Source: a virus (lineage: Duplodnaviria > Caudoviricetes). From it: a stretch of 51,336 nt of DNA. Every line of letters starts with the position of its first letter. Position 1 is the first letter of the stretch. This document shows positions 1-8,992 of this stretch, piece by piece. The translations under genes and the position numbers were made by a program. Where the stretch lies: positions 1 to 51,336 of the IMG/VR virus record IMGVR_UViG_3300044538_000007, one strand, 5' to 3'. The notes below the pieces were generated by a model that was not told the DNA's origin, did no database searches, and saw only the letters and a list, made by a program, of their open reading frames with translations.

Positions 1-9
1 GGCCCTGAC
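1..9. repeat. Terminal 9-bp direct repeat GGCCCTGAC, left copy; possible cos overhang
   Basis: Identical to 51328-51336; lies between a small HNH-like gene and terS. Confidence 0.6.
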
Positions 10-63
10 CCGGCTCGCAGCCAGGGTTTTCTACACACACCGTTTTTCTCTGGGGGTGACGCC

Positions 64-366
64 ATGCCTGCGCAGCGTAAGCCGTCTCGGCTGAGGGTTG
101 TCGCCGATGGCGAGCCTGCCCGGTCCCGGAAGCTGACGGTGAAGGCGGCGGCGGATTCTGGTGAGCGGCGGGATCTGCTGGTGGCCCTGCGGGCGCGGAT
201 CGCCGCGGACATCGACAGCCCGAATACGCCGCCCCGGGATCTGGCGGCCCTGTCGCGGCGCCTGCTGGAGATCGTCAAGGAGATCGAGGCGCTGGACGCG
301 GAAACCAAGGTGGACGACGTTGGCGAGGCAGCAGGAACCCCAGACGAGGCATGGGCTGCTAACTGA
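64..366 (+). CDS. terS: Terminase small subunit
   Basis: 100 aa, first gene; typical actinophage TerS segment (LRARIAADID...PRDLAALSRRLLEI); overlaps terL. Confidence 0.8.
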   Translation: MPAQRKPSRLRVVADGEPARSRKLTVKAAADSGERRDLLVALRARIAADIDSPNTPPRDLAALSRRLLEIVKEIEALDAETKVDDVGEAAGTPDEAWAAN

Positions 367-1774
367 GGCTGCCCACGTCGTTCTACCGAAGGGGATCGTC
401 TCGACGGGGTTTCCGGCAACGGAGGCGACGTGTCGGCGAATCGGGATCCTGTTCGACCCGTGGCAGGCCGATCTGAACCGGTGCCTGCTCGCCAAGGACG
501 CCGCTGGCATGTATGCGGCGGACACGGTGGCCCTGTCGATTCCTCGGCAGGTGGGGAAGACGTTCGACGTTGGCGGGGTCGTCTTCGCTGACTCGATCAT
601 CAACCCGGGGACGACGACGGTGTGGACGGCGCACCGGTTCAAGGTGGCGCGGGAGTCGTTCAACGAAATGCGCGGCTGGGCGAAGACGTCCCTGCTGAAG
701 GCACACATCGACTACGACGACATCACCACGGCGGCGGGTAATGAGTGCATCCCGTTCCGCAATGGGTCGCGGATTGTGTTCGCTGCCCGGGAGCGGGGCG
801 CGATCCGCGGGTTCACGAAGGTGCGCAGGCTGGTGCTGGATGAGGCACAGATCCTCACCGAGCATGCTCTGGCGGACCTGGCGCCGACACAGAACCAGGC
901 CGTCAATCCACAGCTGATCCTGATGGGTACGCCGCCGAAACCAACTGATCCGGGTGAGGTGTTCACGCGGCTTCGCCTGGAGGCGTTGGACGGTGTCAGC
1001 GATGGTGTCCTCTACGTGGAGTTCGCGGCGCCGAAGGATGCGGACCCGGATGACCGGGACGCGTGGCGGATCGCGAACCCGTCGTTTCCGCGGCGGACGC
1101 CAGAGAAGGCGATCATGCGGCTGCGGAAGCTGCTCAGCGACGAGGACTTTAAGCGTGAGGCGCTGGGCATCTGGGATGACCGGCAGCACCATTGGCAGGT
1201 CATTTCGGAGGCGGCGTGGGTGGCTGCCCTTGACCCGCGGTCGACGATCGCTGGCCGGCTGGCGTTGGCGGTGACATCGCAGCGACCAGATCGGGCGTGG
1301 GTGGCGATCACCGCGTCGGGCCGGTCACCGTCGGGGCGCAGGCATGTAGAGGTGATTGAGCACCGGCCGGGTACGCGGTGGACCATTCCACGACTGAAGG
1401 AGCTGGTCGATAAGCATCAGCCGGTGGCGACCGTGGTGGATGACCAGCAGTTGGCTGACGAGGCAGAGGAGGCTGGGCTGGTCGTGTACCGACCGACCGC
1501 CGGTGACATGGTGTCAGCGGCGGGCATGTTCCACGCTTCGGTCGCTGATCCGGATCCGGTCCGCCGGGACTTGGTGCACATCGGCCAGCGGCATTTGACG
1601 GATGCGGTTGCTGGAGCAGGCAAACGCACGGTGGGTCAGAGCTTGTGGGCATGGGAGCGGATCTCGGTGTTCGACGACGTGTGCCCACTGGTCGGCGGAT
1701 CGCTGGCGTTGTGGGCGGACGCGACGCCCCGGATCCACGTTCCGCGGATGACCCCGTTCGCGATGTTCGGTTGA
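320..1774 (+). CDS. terL: Terminase large subunit; start uncertain (TTG at 320 chosen, ORF open from 161)
   Basis: Walker A-like IPRQVGKT, Walker B LVLDEAQ, MGTPP motif, ANPS motif, C-terminal nuclease region. Confidence 0.92.
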   Translation: MARQQEPQTRHGLLTEAAHVVLPKGIVSTGFPATEATCRRIGILFDPWQADLNRCLLAKDAAGMYAADTVALSIPRQVGKTFDVGGVVFADSIINPGTTTVWTAHRFKVARESFNEMRGWAKTSLLKAHIDYDDITTAAGNECIPFRNGSRIVFAARERGAIRGFTKVRRLVLDEAQILTEHALADLAPTQNQAVNPQLILMGTPPKPTDPGEVFTRLRLEALDGVSDGVLYVEFAAPKDADPDDRDAWRIANPSFPRRTPEKAIMRLRKLLSDEDFKREALGIWDDRQHHWQVISEAAWVAALDPRSTIAGRLALAVTSQRPDRAWVAITASGRSPSGRRHVEVIEHRPGTRWTIPRLKELVDKHQPVATVVDDQQLADEAEEAGLVVYRPTAGDMVSAAGMFHASVADPDPVRRDLVHIGQRHLTDAVAGAGKRTVGQSLWAWERISVFDDVCPLVGGSLALWADATPRIHVPRMTPFAMFG

Positions 1775-1784
1775 TGGGAGCCTG

Positions 1785-3176
1785 ATGGGTATCTGGGAGC
1801 GTGTCTTCCGCCGCCGGGCGACCGAGGGGCGTTCGTCGGTGCAGACGTTCGTGGATCTGATCACCAATTCGGACCTGTTCCCCATGCTGCGTACCACGAT
1901 GCCGGCGCTCGACGAGGAGCAGGTGGTTGGCAGCCTGTCGCAGGTTGCGAAGACGAATGGGCCGGTGTTCGCGCTGATGCTGGCCCGGATGCAGGTGTTC
2001 TCCCAAGCCCGTTTCCAGTGGACCCGGTTCCAGCGGGGCGAGCCTGGTGACCTGTTCGGCTCCGACGAGCTGTCGGTGCTTGACCGGCCGTGGCGGGGTG
2101 GGACGACCGCGGACCTGCTGTCCCGGATGGAGATGGACGTCACCGGGGCGGGGAACTTCTACGGCCGCCGGGTTCGGCGGGTCCGCTTCGGTGAGGACCG
2201 CATTGTTCGGCTGCGGCCGGACTGGGTGACGATCATCATGGGTTCGCGGGAGGACGCCGAGCATCCGGCCGAGGCCGCCGACGTTGAGCTGCTCGGCTAT
2301 GCGTATGCGCCGCGGCACGAGCGGGGTGACCGGCTCCTCGTGTTGGAGCCGGATGAGGTGGTGCATTTCGCCCCGTACCCGGACCCGGACGCGGTGTTCG
2401 CCGGCCAGTCCTGGGTGACCCCGGTCATCCGGGACGTGTGGGGCGACAACGCCGCAACCATCCACAAGGACCGGTTCTTCCGCAACGCGGCCAGTCCCAA
2501 TCTGGCCATCAAGTTCGACCCGTCGATCACCATCGACGCGGTCAAGGAGTTCAAGGAACTGCTTGAGGCCGAACACAAGGGCGCGTGGAACGCATACAAA
2601 ACCCTGTATCTGGGTGGTGGCGCGGACCCGGTCGTCATCGGCAGGGACATGCGGCAAGTCGATTTTGCGGTGACGACAGGTAAGGGCGAGTCGCGGCTGG
2701 CCGCCGCGGCGGGGGTGCCGCCGTCGTGGGTCGGCTTCTCCGAGGGGCTGCAGGGCAGTTCGCTGAACGCGGGCAATTTCACCGCCGCTCGGCGCCGGTT
2801 CGGCGACGGGACAATGCAACACCTGTGGGCCAACGCGGCTGCGTCGTTCGAAACGATTCTGACGCCGCCGTCGTCGCGGTTCCCGGACTCGGCGCCGGCC
2901 CGGCTGTGGTTCGTGACCCGGGGCATTCCGTTCTTGAACATGGACGCCAAGGACGCGGCCGAGGTGCAGTCGCAGGAGGCGCAGACCATCACCGCGTTGG
3001 TGCGTGACGGGTTCACCGCGCAGTCGGCGATCGCCGCGGTGCAGAACCAGGACTGGTCGCTGCTGGTGCACACCGGAATGGTGTCGGTTCAACTGATTCC
3101 GCCCGGCCAGGCGACTGCGAACGGCAACGGAAACCAGGAAGGCGCCAGGGCAGCGCTGCTGGGAGGCAAAACATGA
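1785..3176 (+). CDS. Portal protein (HK97-like)
   Basis: Position after terL; GNFY, RLRPDWV, FFRNAASP, LAAAAGVPPSWVG motifs. Confidence 0.9.
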   Translation: MGIWERVFRRRATEGRSSVQTFVDLITNSDLFPMLRTTMPALDEEQVVGSLSQVAKTNGPVFALMLARMQVFSQARFQWTRFQRGEPGDLFGSDELSVLDRPWRGGTTADLLSRMEMDVTGAGNFYGRRVRRVRFGEDRIVRLRPDWVTIIMGSREDAEHPAEAADVELLGYAYAPRHERGDRLLVLEPDEVVHFAPYPDPDAVFAGQSWVTPVIRDVWGDNAATIHKDRFFRNAASPNLAIKFDPSITIDAVKEFKELLEAEHKGAWNAYKTLYLGGGADPVVIGRDMRQVDFAVTTGKGESRLAAAAGVPPSWVGFSEGLQGSSLNAGNFTAARRRFGDGTMQHLWANAAASFETILTPPSSRFPDSAPARLWFVTRGIPFLNMDAKDAAEVQSQEAQTITALVRDGFTAQSAIAAVQNQDWSLLVHTGMVSVQLIPPGQATANGNGNQEGARAALLGGKT

Positions 3177-4144
3177 CCACGGTGCTGGATCCGCGGCAGG
3201 TGCTGCGGTCGGAGATCCGGTCGCACTTCTTCGAGTTCCGCGCCGCCGAACCGGGTTCGGACGGCGACGGCCGGACCCTCGAAGGATATGCGGCGGTGTT
3301 CGACCAGCCGACGACCATCGAGTCGTACGCCGGCGACTACGAGGAGGTCGTGAAGCGGGGCGCGTTCCGTAAGACGCTGCGTGAGCGGGCGCCGGTGATG
3401 CAGTTCGACCACGGCAACGACAAGCGGGTCGGGTCGGCACCCATCGGCGGGATCGAGGATCTGCACGAGGACGATGAGGGTCTGTTCGTGCGGGCCCGGC
3501 TGTTCGACACGGAGCGGGTGGAGGACATTCGGCAGGCCATCGCCGCGCAGGCCATCCGGGGCATGTCGTTCAAGTTCCGGGTGTTGCAGGACCGGTGGGT
3601 GGACCGGGACGGGAAACGCATCAAGGACGACGACCTGGCCGACCTGCTGGCGGACCCAGGCGACCGTGGCCCGATCCGCCGTGAGATCACCGAGGTTCAG
3701 CTGTTCGAACTCGGCCCGGTGGTGTTCCCCGCCTACGAGCAGACCAGCGTCGGTGTGCGGGGGTCGGTGTTCGACCCGAACCGGGTGGCGCTGCGTGGGG
3801 TGGTCGCCCAGTTCGGATTGGACGTGCGGTGCATCCGGCGGCACCTGCAGGTGTTCGACGCCGACGCCCGGGCAGCGCTGGCGGATGAGATCGCCGACAG
3901 TTTCCCCGAACTGCTGCAGGTGCTGCAGGAACGTGCCGTGGTGGCCGAGGCCGAGGGCATCGCCGCTGCCGGACTGGACCCTGCCGCCACCGCCGCGTTC
4001 GTTGCCGATCCAGAGACTTCTCCCGAGCCGGCTGCGGCCACTCGGGAATCGAGAGACACCGAGCCGGCGCCGGTGCGCCACTCGGCCTTCCTGACGGAGG
4101 CCGCCGGCTGGCACCTCCCCGACAACCCGTATCGACGGAGGTAA
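3173..4144 (+). CDS. HK97-family prohead protease
   Basis: LEGYAAVFD, FDHG, GLFVRARL, GMSFKF, LFELGPVVFPAY. Confidence 0.93.
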   Translation: MTTVLDPRQVLRSEIRSHFFEFRAAEPGSDGDGRTLEGYAAVFDQPTTIESYAGDYEEVVKRGAFRKTLRERAPVMQFDHGNDKRVGSAPIGGIEDLHEDDEGLFVRARLFDTERVEDIRQAIAAQAIRGMSFKFRVLQDRWVDRDGKRIKDDDLADLLADPGDRGPIRREITEVQLFELGPVVFPAYEQTSVGVRGSVFDPNRVALRGVVAQFGLDVRCIRRHLQVFDADARAALADEIADSFPELLQVLQERAVVAEAEGIAAAGLDPAATAAFVADPETSPEPAAATRESRDTEPAPVRHSAFLTEAAGWHLPDNPYRRR

Positions 4145-4150
4145 CCAGAA

Positions 4151-5635
4151 ATGCCTGATGTGGCGCACGAGCCCACGTCCATCGAGGACCGTGAGGTCCG
4201 TATCCAGGAGATCGACGGCCGGCTGGCGGAGATCGACGCCGAGTACGCCGGCACGGTCATGTCGCAGGCCGCGGCGGAGGAGTGGGAGCAGCTCAACGCC
4301 GAACGCGACCAGCACGCTGCGGCGGTCGCCGAGCTGCGGGTGCGGCGGCAGCGGCTGCAGTCGCTGGCCGGTGCCCCGGCGGCAACCGAACGAGGCGCGG
4401 CCGAGGCGCCGTCGTTCGTCCGCAAGCGCGGCGATGACATCTATGACCTGAACCAGATCCGGTCGAACAGCCCCTCGGAGGAGGAGTACCGGGACGCGTT
4501 GCACGACAACGCCCGCCGGGCGATCGAGCGTAGCCGGCCGGCACTGTACCGCCAGCAGTCCAAGGAGGCCATCCAGGGCCATGTCGAGGACCTGCTGGCA
4601 CGGTGCGACGACAAGCACGGCACGTTCGCGAAGCGGATCCTCATCACCGGGAACCCGACCTACCAGCGGGCGTTCGGCAAGTACCTGCTCACCGGAAACA
4701 AGGACCTGCTGTCCCCGGAGGAGGCGCGGGCACTGTCGACGGGTGGTGGGTCGCCGGTCGGCGCCGAGGGTGGGTTCGCGGTCCCGTTCGACCTGGACCC
4801 GACGGTGATCCTGACCAGCGATGGGCAGGTGTCGCCGCTGCGGCAGATCGCCCGGGTGGAGTCGATCGCCTCCAAGACGTGGCAGGGCATCACCTCGGCC
4901 GGGATCGTCGTGTCCCGGTCCGCCGAAACCGACGAGGGTGAGGACAACGCGTTCGCCATCGACCAGCCGGAGGTGTCCCCGACCCGGGTTCTGGCGACCG
5001 TGCCCTACTCGGTGGAGATCGACCAGGACTGGCCGCAGCTTCGCAGCGAGATCGCGCGGCTGCTCGCCGACGCGAAGGACGTCGAGGAGGCGACCAGCTT
5101 CGTCACCGGCGACGGCCAGGGCAACAACCCGGAAGGCGTCGCCGCCGGCCTGGACGCCGCGTCCGAGGTGGACATGTCCACCGCGGCCATGATCGACCTC
5201 GGTGGGGATGGTTCCACCGTGGGCCTGCTGGACCTGGAATCGGAGCTGCCGGTGCGGTTCCGCGGCCGGGCCCGGTTCCTCGGCAACAAGTCCACCTACC
5301 AGGCCGTCCGTGGTCTCGGCGCCGGTTCCGACGGTGCGGACCTGTGGGTTCGGCTGTCCGCGTCCCAGCCGCCGGAACTGCTCGGCTATGCGGCGCATGA
5401 GGCGTCCGCGATGGATTCCCTCGGCGACGCGTCGGGTCGGGTGCTGATCCTGGGCGACTTCCAGAACTTCCTGATCGTGGACCGGCTGGGCATGATCGTG
5501 GAGGTTCAGCCGCACGTGCTGGGAGCGACCCGGCGCATGTGGACCGGCCAGCGGGCCATCAACGCCATGTGGCGTAACAGTTCGCTGGTGCTGGTCGACA
5601 ACGCGTTCCGGGTGCTGGTCGACCCCAGCACCTGA
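4151..5635 (+). CDS. Major capsid protein (HK97 fold with N-terminal coiled-coil delta domain)
   Basis: GGFAVP, GDGQGNNPEG, LLGY, ILGDFQNFLIVDR; RBS GGAGG upstream. Confidence 0.93.
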   Translation: MPDVAHEPTSIEDREVRIQEIDGRLAEIDAEYAGTVMSQAAAEEWEQLNAERDQHAAAVAELRVRRQRLQSLAGAPAATERGAAEAPSFVRKRGDDIYDLNQIRSNSPSEEEYRDALHDNARRAIERSRPALYRQQSKEAIQGHVEDLLARCDDKHGTFAKRILITGNPTYQRAFGKYLLTGNKDLLSPEEARALSTGGGSPVGAEGGFAVPFDLDPTVILTSDGQVSPLRQIARVESIASKTWQGITSAGIVVSRSAETDEGEDNAFAIDQPEVSPTRVLATVPYSVEIDQDWPQLRSEIARLLADAKDVEEATSFVTGDGQGNNPEGVAAGLDAASEVDMSTAAMIDLGGDGSTVGLLDLESELPVRFRGRARFLGNKSTYQAVRGLGAGSDGADLWVRLSASQPPELLGYAAHEASAMDSLGDASGRVLILGDFQNFLIVDRLGMIVEVQPHVLGATRRMWTGQRAINAMWRNSSLVLVDNAFRVLVDPST

Positions 5636-6333
5636 TGACCGGTGGAGGTTCGGCGGCGGACCCCGGTCCGCCGCCGGACTGGACCATCCTGGTCGCGACG
5701 ATCGGTGAACGGCGGGACCTGCTCGCCAGGCTGCTGGACGTGCTGCTGCCGCAAACCGACCCGTATGGTGGCCGGGTCAAGGTGCTGGCCTACTGGAACA
5801 ACGGCGACCCGCCGCTGCCGGACATCAGCCAGCGGCTGGTGGAGGCGGCCACGTCGGAGTATGTGTGCCGGGTCGACGACGACGACCTAGTGGCGGAGTC
5901 CTACGTGGCCGACGTGATGGCGGCGCTCAACCAGCGGCCGGACTATGTGGGCTGGCTGGTGCAGTGCTACACCAACGGGAAGAAGACGGCGGTGGCGGAG
6001 CACAGCATCCGCCACCGGGGCTGGTTCGCCCGCGGTGGCCGGCTGTACCGGGACCTGTCGCACATCAACCCCATCCGGGCCGACCTAGCGCGGCGGGCCG
6101 ACTTCCGGAAGGTGAAACCGGGACAGCCGGAGGACCGGGCATGGGTTGCCCAGTTGCGTGGCCTGGTACAGACCGAAGTGTTCATCGACAAGATCATGTA
6201 CCACTACCTGTGGTCGACGTCGAAGACGGCCGGCACCGGGTCCCGGTGGCGGAAACCGGGCCTGGTCAAGGCGGACGGGTACCAGCCGCTGCCGGTCGAC
6301 CATCCACACTTCTCCTACCTCGACCGGCGATGA
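5635..6333 (+). CDS. Glycosyltransferase (GT-A/GT2-like)
   Basis: TILVAT...EAATSEYVCRVDDDD (DxD motif), PEDRAW. Confidence 0.8.
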   Translation: MTGGGSAADPGPPPDWTILVATIGERRDLLARLLDVLLPQTDPYGGRVKVLAYWNNGDPPLPDISQRLVEAATSEYVCRVDDDDLVAESYVADVMAALNQRPDYVGWLVQCYTNGKKTAVAEHSIRHRGWFARGGRLYRDLSHINPIRADLARRADFRKVKPGQPEDRAWVAQLRGLVQTEVFIDKIMYHYLWSTSKTAGTGSRWRKPGLVKADGYQPLPVDHPHFSYLDRR

Positions 6334-6342
6334 TCGGGTGGC

Positions 6343-7047
6343 GTGGTGTCGGCTGACCTGCTGCAAATCATCCCGACCCGTGGCCGGCCGAACAACATCC
6401 GCCGCGTCATCGAGGCGTGGGACACCACCGGCGCTTGGGACGTGGCGAATCTGCTGCTGGTGTTCGACGCCGACGACCCGGAAAACCCCGGCTACCAGCA
6501 GGTGCTGCGTGAGGCGGACAGGTGTGGCCTGTCCGGGTTGGAAATGCCGCAGTGGGCGCCCATGGTGCACAAGCTGGACGAGGCCGCCTGGCAGTCCGCC
6601 GGCAGCTACTTCGCACTCGGGTTCGGCGGCGACGACCACGTGCCACGCACGGCCGGATGGGCGAAAACGTATGTGGAGGCGCTGCGCGCGCTGGGCAGCG
6701 GAATCGTGTTCGGCGACGACGGATACCAGCACGAACGGTGCCCGACGCAGTGGGCGCAGACGGCGGACATTGTGACCGCGCTGGGCCGCATGTGCCCGGC
6801 ACCGGTGGAACACATGTACTCCGACGTGTCGGTCCTCGACCTCGGCCGGGCGGCCGGATGCATCCGCTACCTACCGGAGGTGCTGGTCGAGCACATGCAC
6901 CCGATTGTGCGCAAGGCCGACAACGACGAGCAGTACCAGCGGGTGAACAGCCGCGACCAGTTCCGGCGGGACCTGGACATTTACCGTCGCTGGAAGCGGT
7001 CCGAACTACCCGGGCAGGCTGCGGCGGTGAAGGAGTTGCGGTCATGA
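6343..7047 (+). CDS. Glycosyltransferase (GT-A-like)
   Basis: IIPTRGRP, FDADD, GFGGDDH, HMYSD, VEHMHP. Confidence 0.75.
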   Translation: MVSADLLQIIPTRGRPNNIRRVIEAWDTTGAWDVANLLLVFDADDPENPGYQQVLREADRCGLSGLEMPQWAPMVHKLDEAAWQSAGSYFALGFGGDDHVPRTAGWAKTYVEALRALGSGIVFGDDGYQHERCPTQWAQTADIVTALGRMCPAPVEHMYSDVSVLDLGRAAGCIRYLPEVLVEHMHPIVRKADNDEQYQRVNSRDQFRRDLDIYRRWKRSELPGQAAAVKELRS

Positions 7048-7634
7048 ACACAGCCGCGGTCCTGCGCCAGCTGCGTAGGGTTCGCGGCGCAACACCACCC
7101 GATGTGATGGCCGTGCTGGTCGACCTGGCCGAACGAGTGCCCGCAGATCAGGCGATCGTGGAGCTGGGCGTATTCCACGGGAAGACCGCACTGGTCATGG
7201 CAATGGCCGCACGAACTGGCGGTGGCGCGCACGTCTGGGGCATCGACGCCTGGGACCTGCCCGGCAATACGTACGGTCCACCGTTCACCGACGCCGTCAC
7301 CCGCGTCCGTGCATATGCCCATGTGAAAACCCAAGGTCTCGTTGACCAGGTGACGCTCGTGCAGGGATTCTCGATCGGCGAGGCCGCCCGCTGGTCGGGA
7401 CCGAGGATCGGACTACTGTTCCTGGACGACGACCATTCGCACGGCGCGGTGCGGGCGAACGTGCGGGCATGGTCCCCGCACCTCGCGGCTGGCGCGGTGC
7501 TCGCGTTCGACGACTATGGCCACCCGGACTGGCCGGGGGTAGCGAAGGCGGTCGACGAAATGGTCGTCGAGGGGCTGCTGGCACCGCCGGAAGTGCACCG
7601 TTCCCGGCTCGCTGTGACGAGGATCGTGGCGTGA
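7044..7634 (+). CDS. Class I SAM-dependent methyltransferase (Methyltransf_24-like)
   Basis: IVELGVFHGKT, GIDAW, LLFLDDDHS, VLAFDDY; ATG overlaps the upstream stop. Confidence 0.85.
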   Translation: MNTAAVLRQLRRVRGATPPDVMAVLVDLAERVPADQAIVELGVFHGKTALVMAMAARTGGGAHVWGIDAWDLPGNTYGPPFTDAVTRVRAYAHVKTQGLVDQVTLVQGFSIGEAARWSGPRIGLLFLDDDHSHGAVRANVRAWSPHLAAGAVLAFDDYGHPDWPGVAKAVDEMVVEGLLAPPEVHRSRLAVTRIVA

Positions 7635-8269
7635 GCCTGTCGGCGGTGGTGATGGGCCACCCCGACCGGCGTAGTCGGGTACTGGACCTCGCCGACCAGC
7701 TCGGCGCCGAGGTGGTGTGGGACCGGCACCACGACGTGGTGGAAACGTGCCTGAGAGCGTTGCAGGCGTACGACCCGGCCACCACCCATCACCTGGTGTT
7801 GCAGGACGATTCGATCGTGTGCCGGGACCTTCTAGCCGGGCTGGCGAAGGCATGCCAGGTTGCCGGGGAGCGGCCGGTGTCCCCGTATCTTGGCACCTAC
7901 GGCTCCCGGATGGACCTGATCGGCCGGGCCGCGGCGAAAGCCAGCCAGCTGGGGGCGCCGTGGGTTGAGGCGCCGGGGCCGCGGTGGGGTGTGGCGCACG
8001 CACATCCGACCCGGCTGCTGCCCAAGGTGATCGACCTGTATCGGCAGATCAACTCCACCTGCGACGACGCCCGGCTCAACGCCGTGTACGGCAAACTCGG
8101 CATCGCCTGCTGGTACACCATGCCGAGTCTGGTGGAGCACGACGACGACCTGCCCAGCCTGACCAAACGGGGCTGGTCCGGCCATCACAGGCGGGTGGCG
8201 TTCCGGTTCCTCGGCGCCGACGCCAGCGCGTTGGATGTGGACTGGTCCGGCCCCATCATCAGAAAGTGA
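7631..8269 (+). CDS. Glycosyltransferase-like protein
   Basis: VVMGHPDR, HHLVLQDD, PSLVEHDD motifs; GTGA overlap with upstream gene. Confidence 0.7.
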   Translation: MSLSAVVMGHPDRRSRVLDLADQLGAEVVWDRHHDVVETCLRALQAYDPATTHHLVLQDDSIVCRDLLAGLAKACQVAGERPVSPYLGTYGSRMDLIGRAAAKASQLGAPWVEAPGPRWGVAHAHPTRLLPKVIDLYRQINSTCDDARLNAVYGKLGIACWYTMPSLVEHDDDLPSLTKRGWSGHHRRVAFRFLGADASALDVDWSGPIIRK

Positions 8270-8278
8270 GAATGACGT

Positions 8279-8557
8279 ATGTGTCGACTGGTTGTGGCGA
8301 AGCGGACAGCGGCGGCGGCGGGGCGAAGAGTGCGGCGCGGCGCGGTGCTGTGCGCCGATGATCCGGTGGTGAAGCGGGCACCGGGCCTGTTCGAACCGTA
8401 CGCGCTGCTCCACCACTGCGCGGCCGGGAACGCACCGGTGGAGCGGGCGACGGCCGCGCCGGGTGAGCTGCGCGACGTCCAACTACCCCGATCCGACGAG
8501 GAGAAGCCGCGGCGTGGCCCGGGCCGCCCACGCAAGCAGGCCGAACCGGAGGAGTGA
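8279..8557 (+). CDS. Small hypothetical virion-region protein
   Basis: DDPVVKRAPGLFEP...VERATAAPGE motif common near actinophage capsid genes; start uncertain. Confidence 0.6.
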   Translation: MCRLVVAKRTAAAAGRRVRRGAVLCADDPVVKRAPGLFEPYALLHHCAAGNAPVERATAAPGELRDVQLPRSDEEKPRRGPGRPRKQAEPEE

Positions 8558-8982
8558 TGGCCGAAATCGTCTACAACCGGGGGAAGACCCGTATCCTGGC
8601 CGGTGACACCGCACTGGACACATCGGACCTGCGGATGGCGCTGATCACTGGGACGGTGACTGGTGCGGACAGTCCGGACCTGAACACGGTTGCCGACCTT
8701 GATGCGGTGTCCGGGGTGGGCATCCACACCGAACGGGTGGCGCTGTCGTCGAAGACGGTGACGCAGGACGACACGAACGACCGCGCCAATGCCGACTGCG
8801 CCGACGTGGAGTTCGCGGCGGCGGCCGGGGTGACCGCGTTGGCCGCCGTGGTCTACGACGAGGGTTCCGGCACGGACGCCACCCGGCATCTGGTCTCGTA
8901 TCACGACACGAACTTTGGCGCCGGTAAGCCGCTCGACGGTGGGCTTACCGTCCAGGTCGCCGACTGGCTGCGGGGCACGTGA
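8557..8982 (+). CDS. Putative structural protein
   Basis: RBS GGAGGAG; acidic, beta-rich composition; structural operon. Confidence 0.65.
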   Translation: MAEIVYNRGKTRILAGDTALDTSDLRMALITGTVTGADSPDLNTVADLDAVSGVGIHTERVALSSKTVTQDDTNDRANADCADVEFAAAAGVTALAAVVYDEGSGTDATRHLVSYHDTNFGAGKPLDGGLTVQVADWLRGT

Positions 8983-8992
8983 GCCAGCGGCC

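Noticed and set aside
1308-5515. Long minus-strand ORFs (710 aa, 808 aa) and similar ones at 14613-16688 and 38777-40000
   Set aside because: Antisense shadows of high-GC3 genes; Arg/Pro/Gly-rich with no motifs or RBS.
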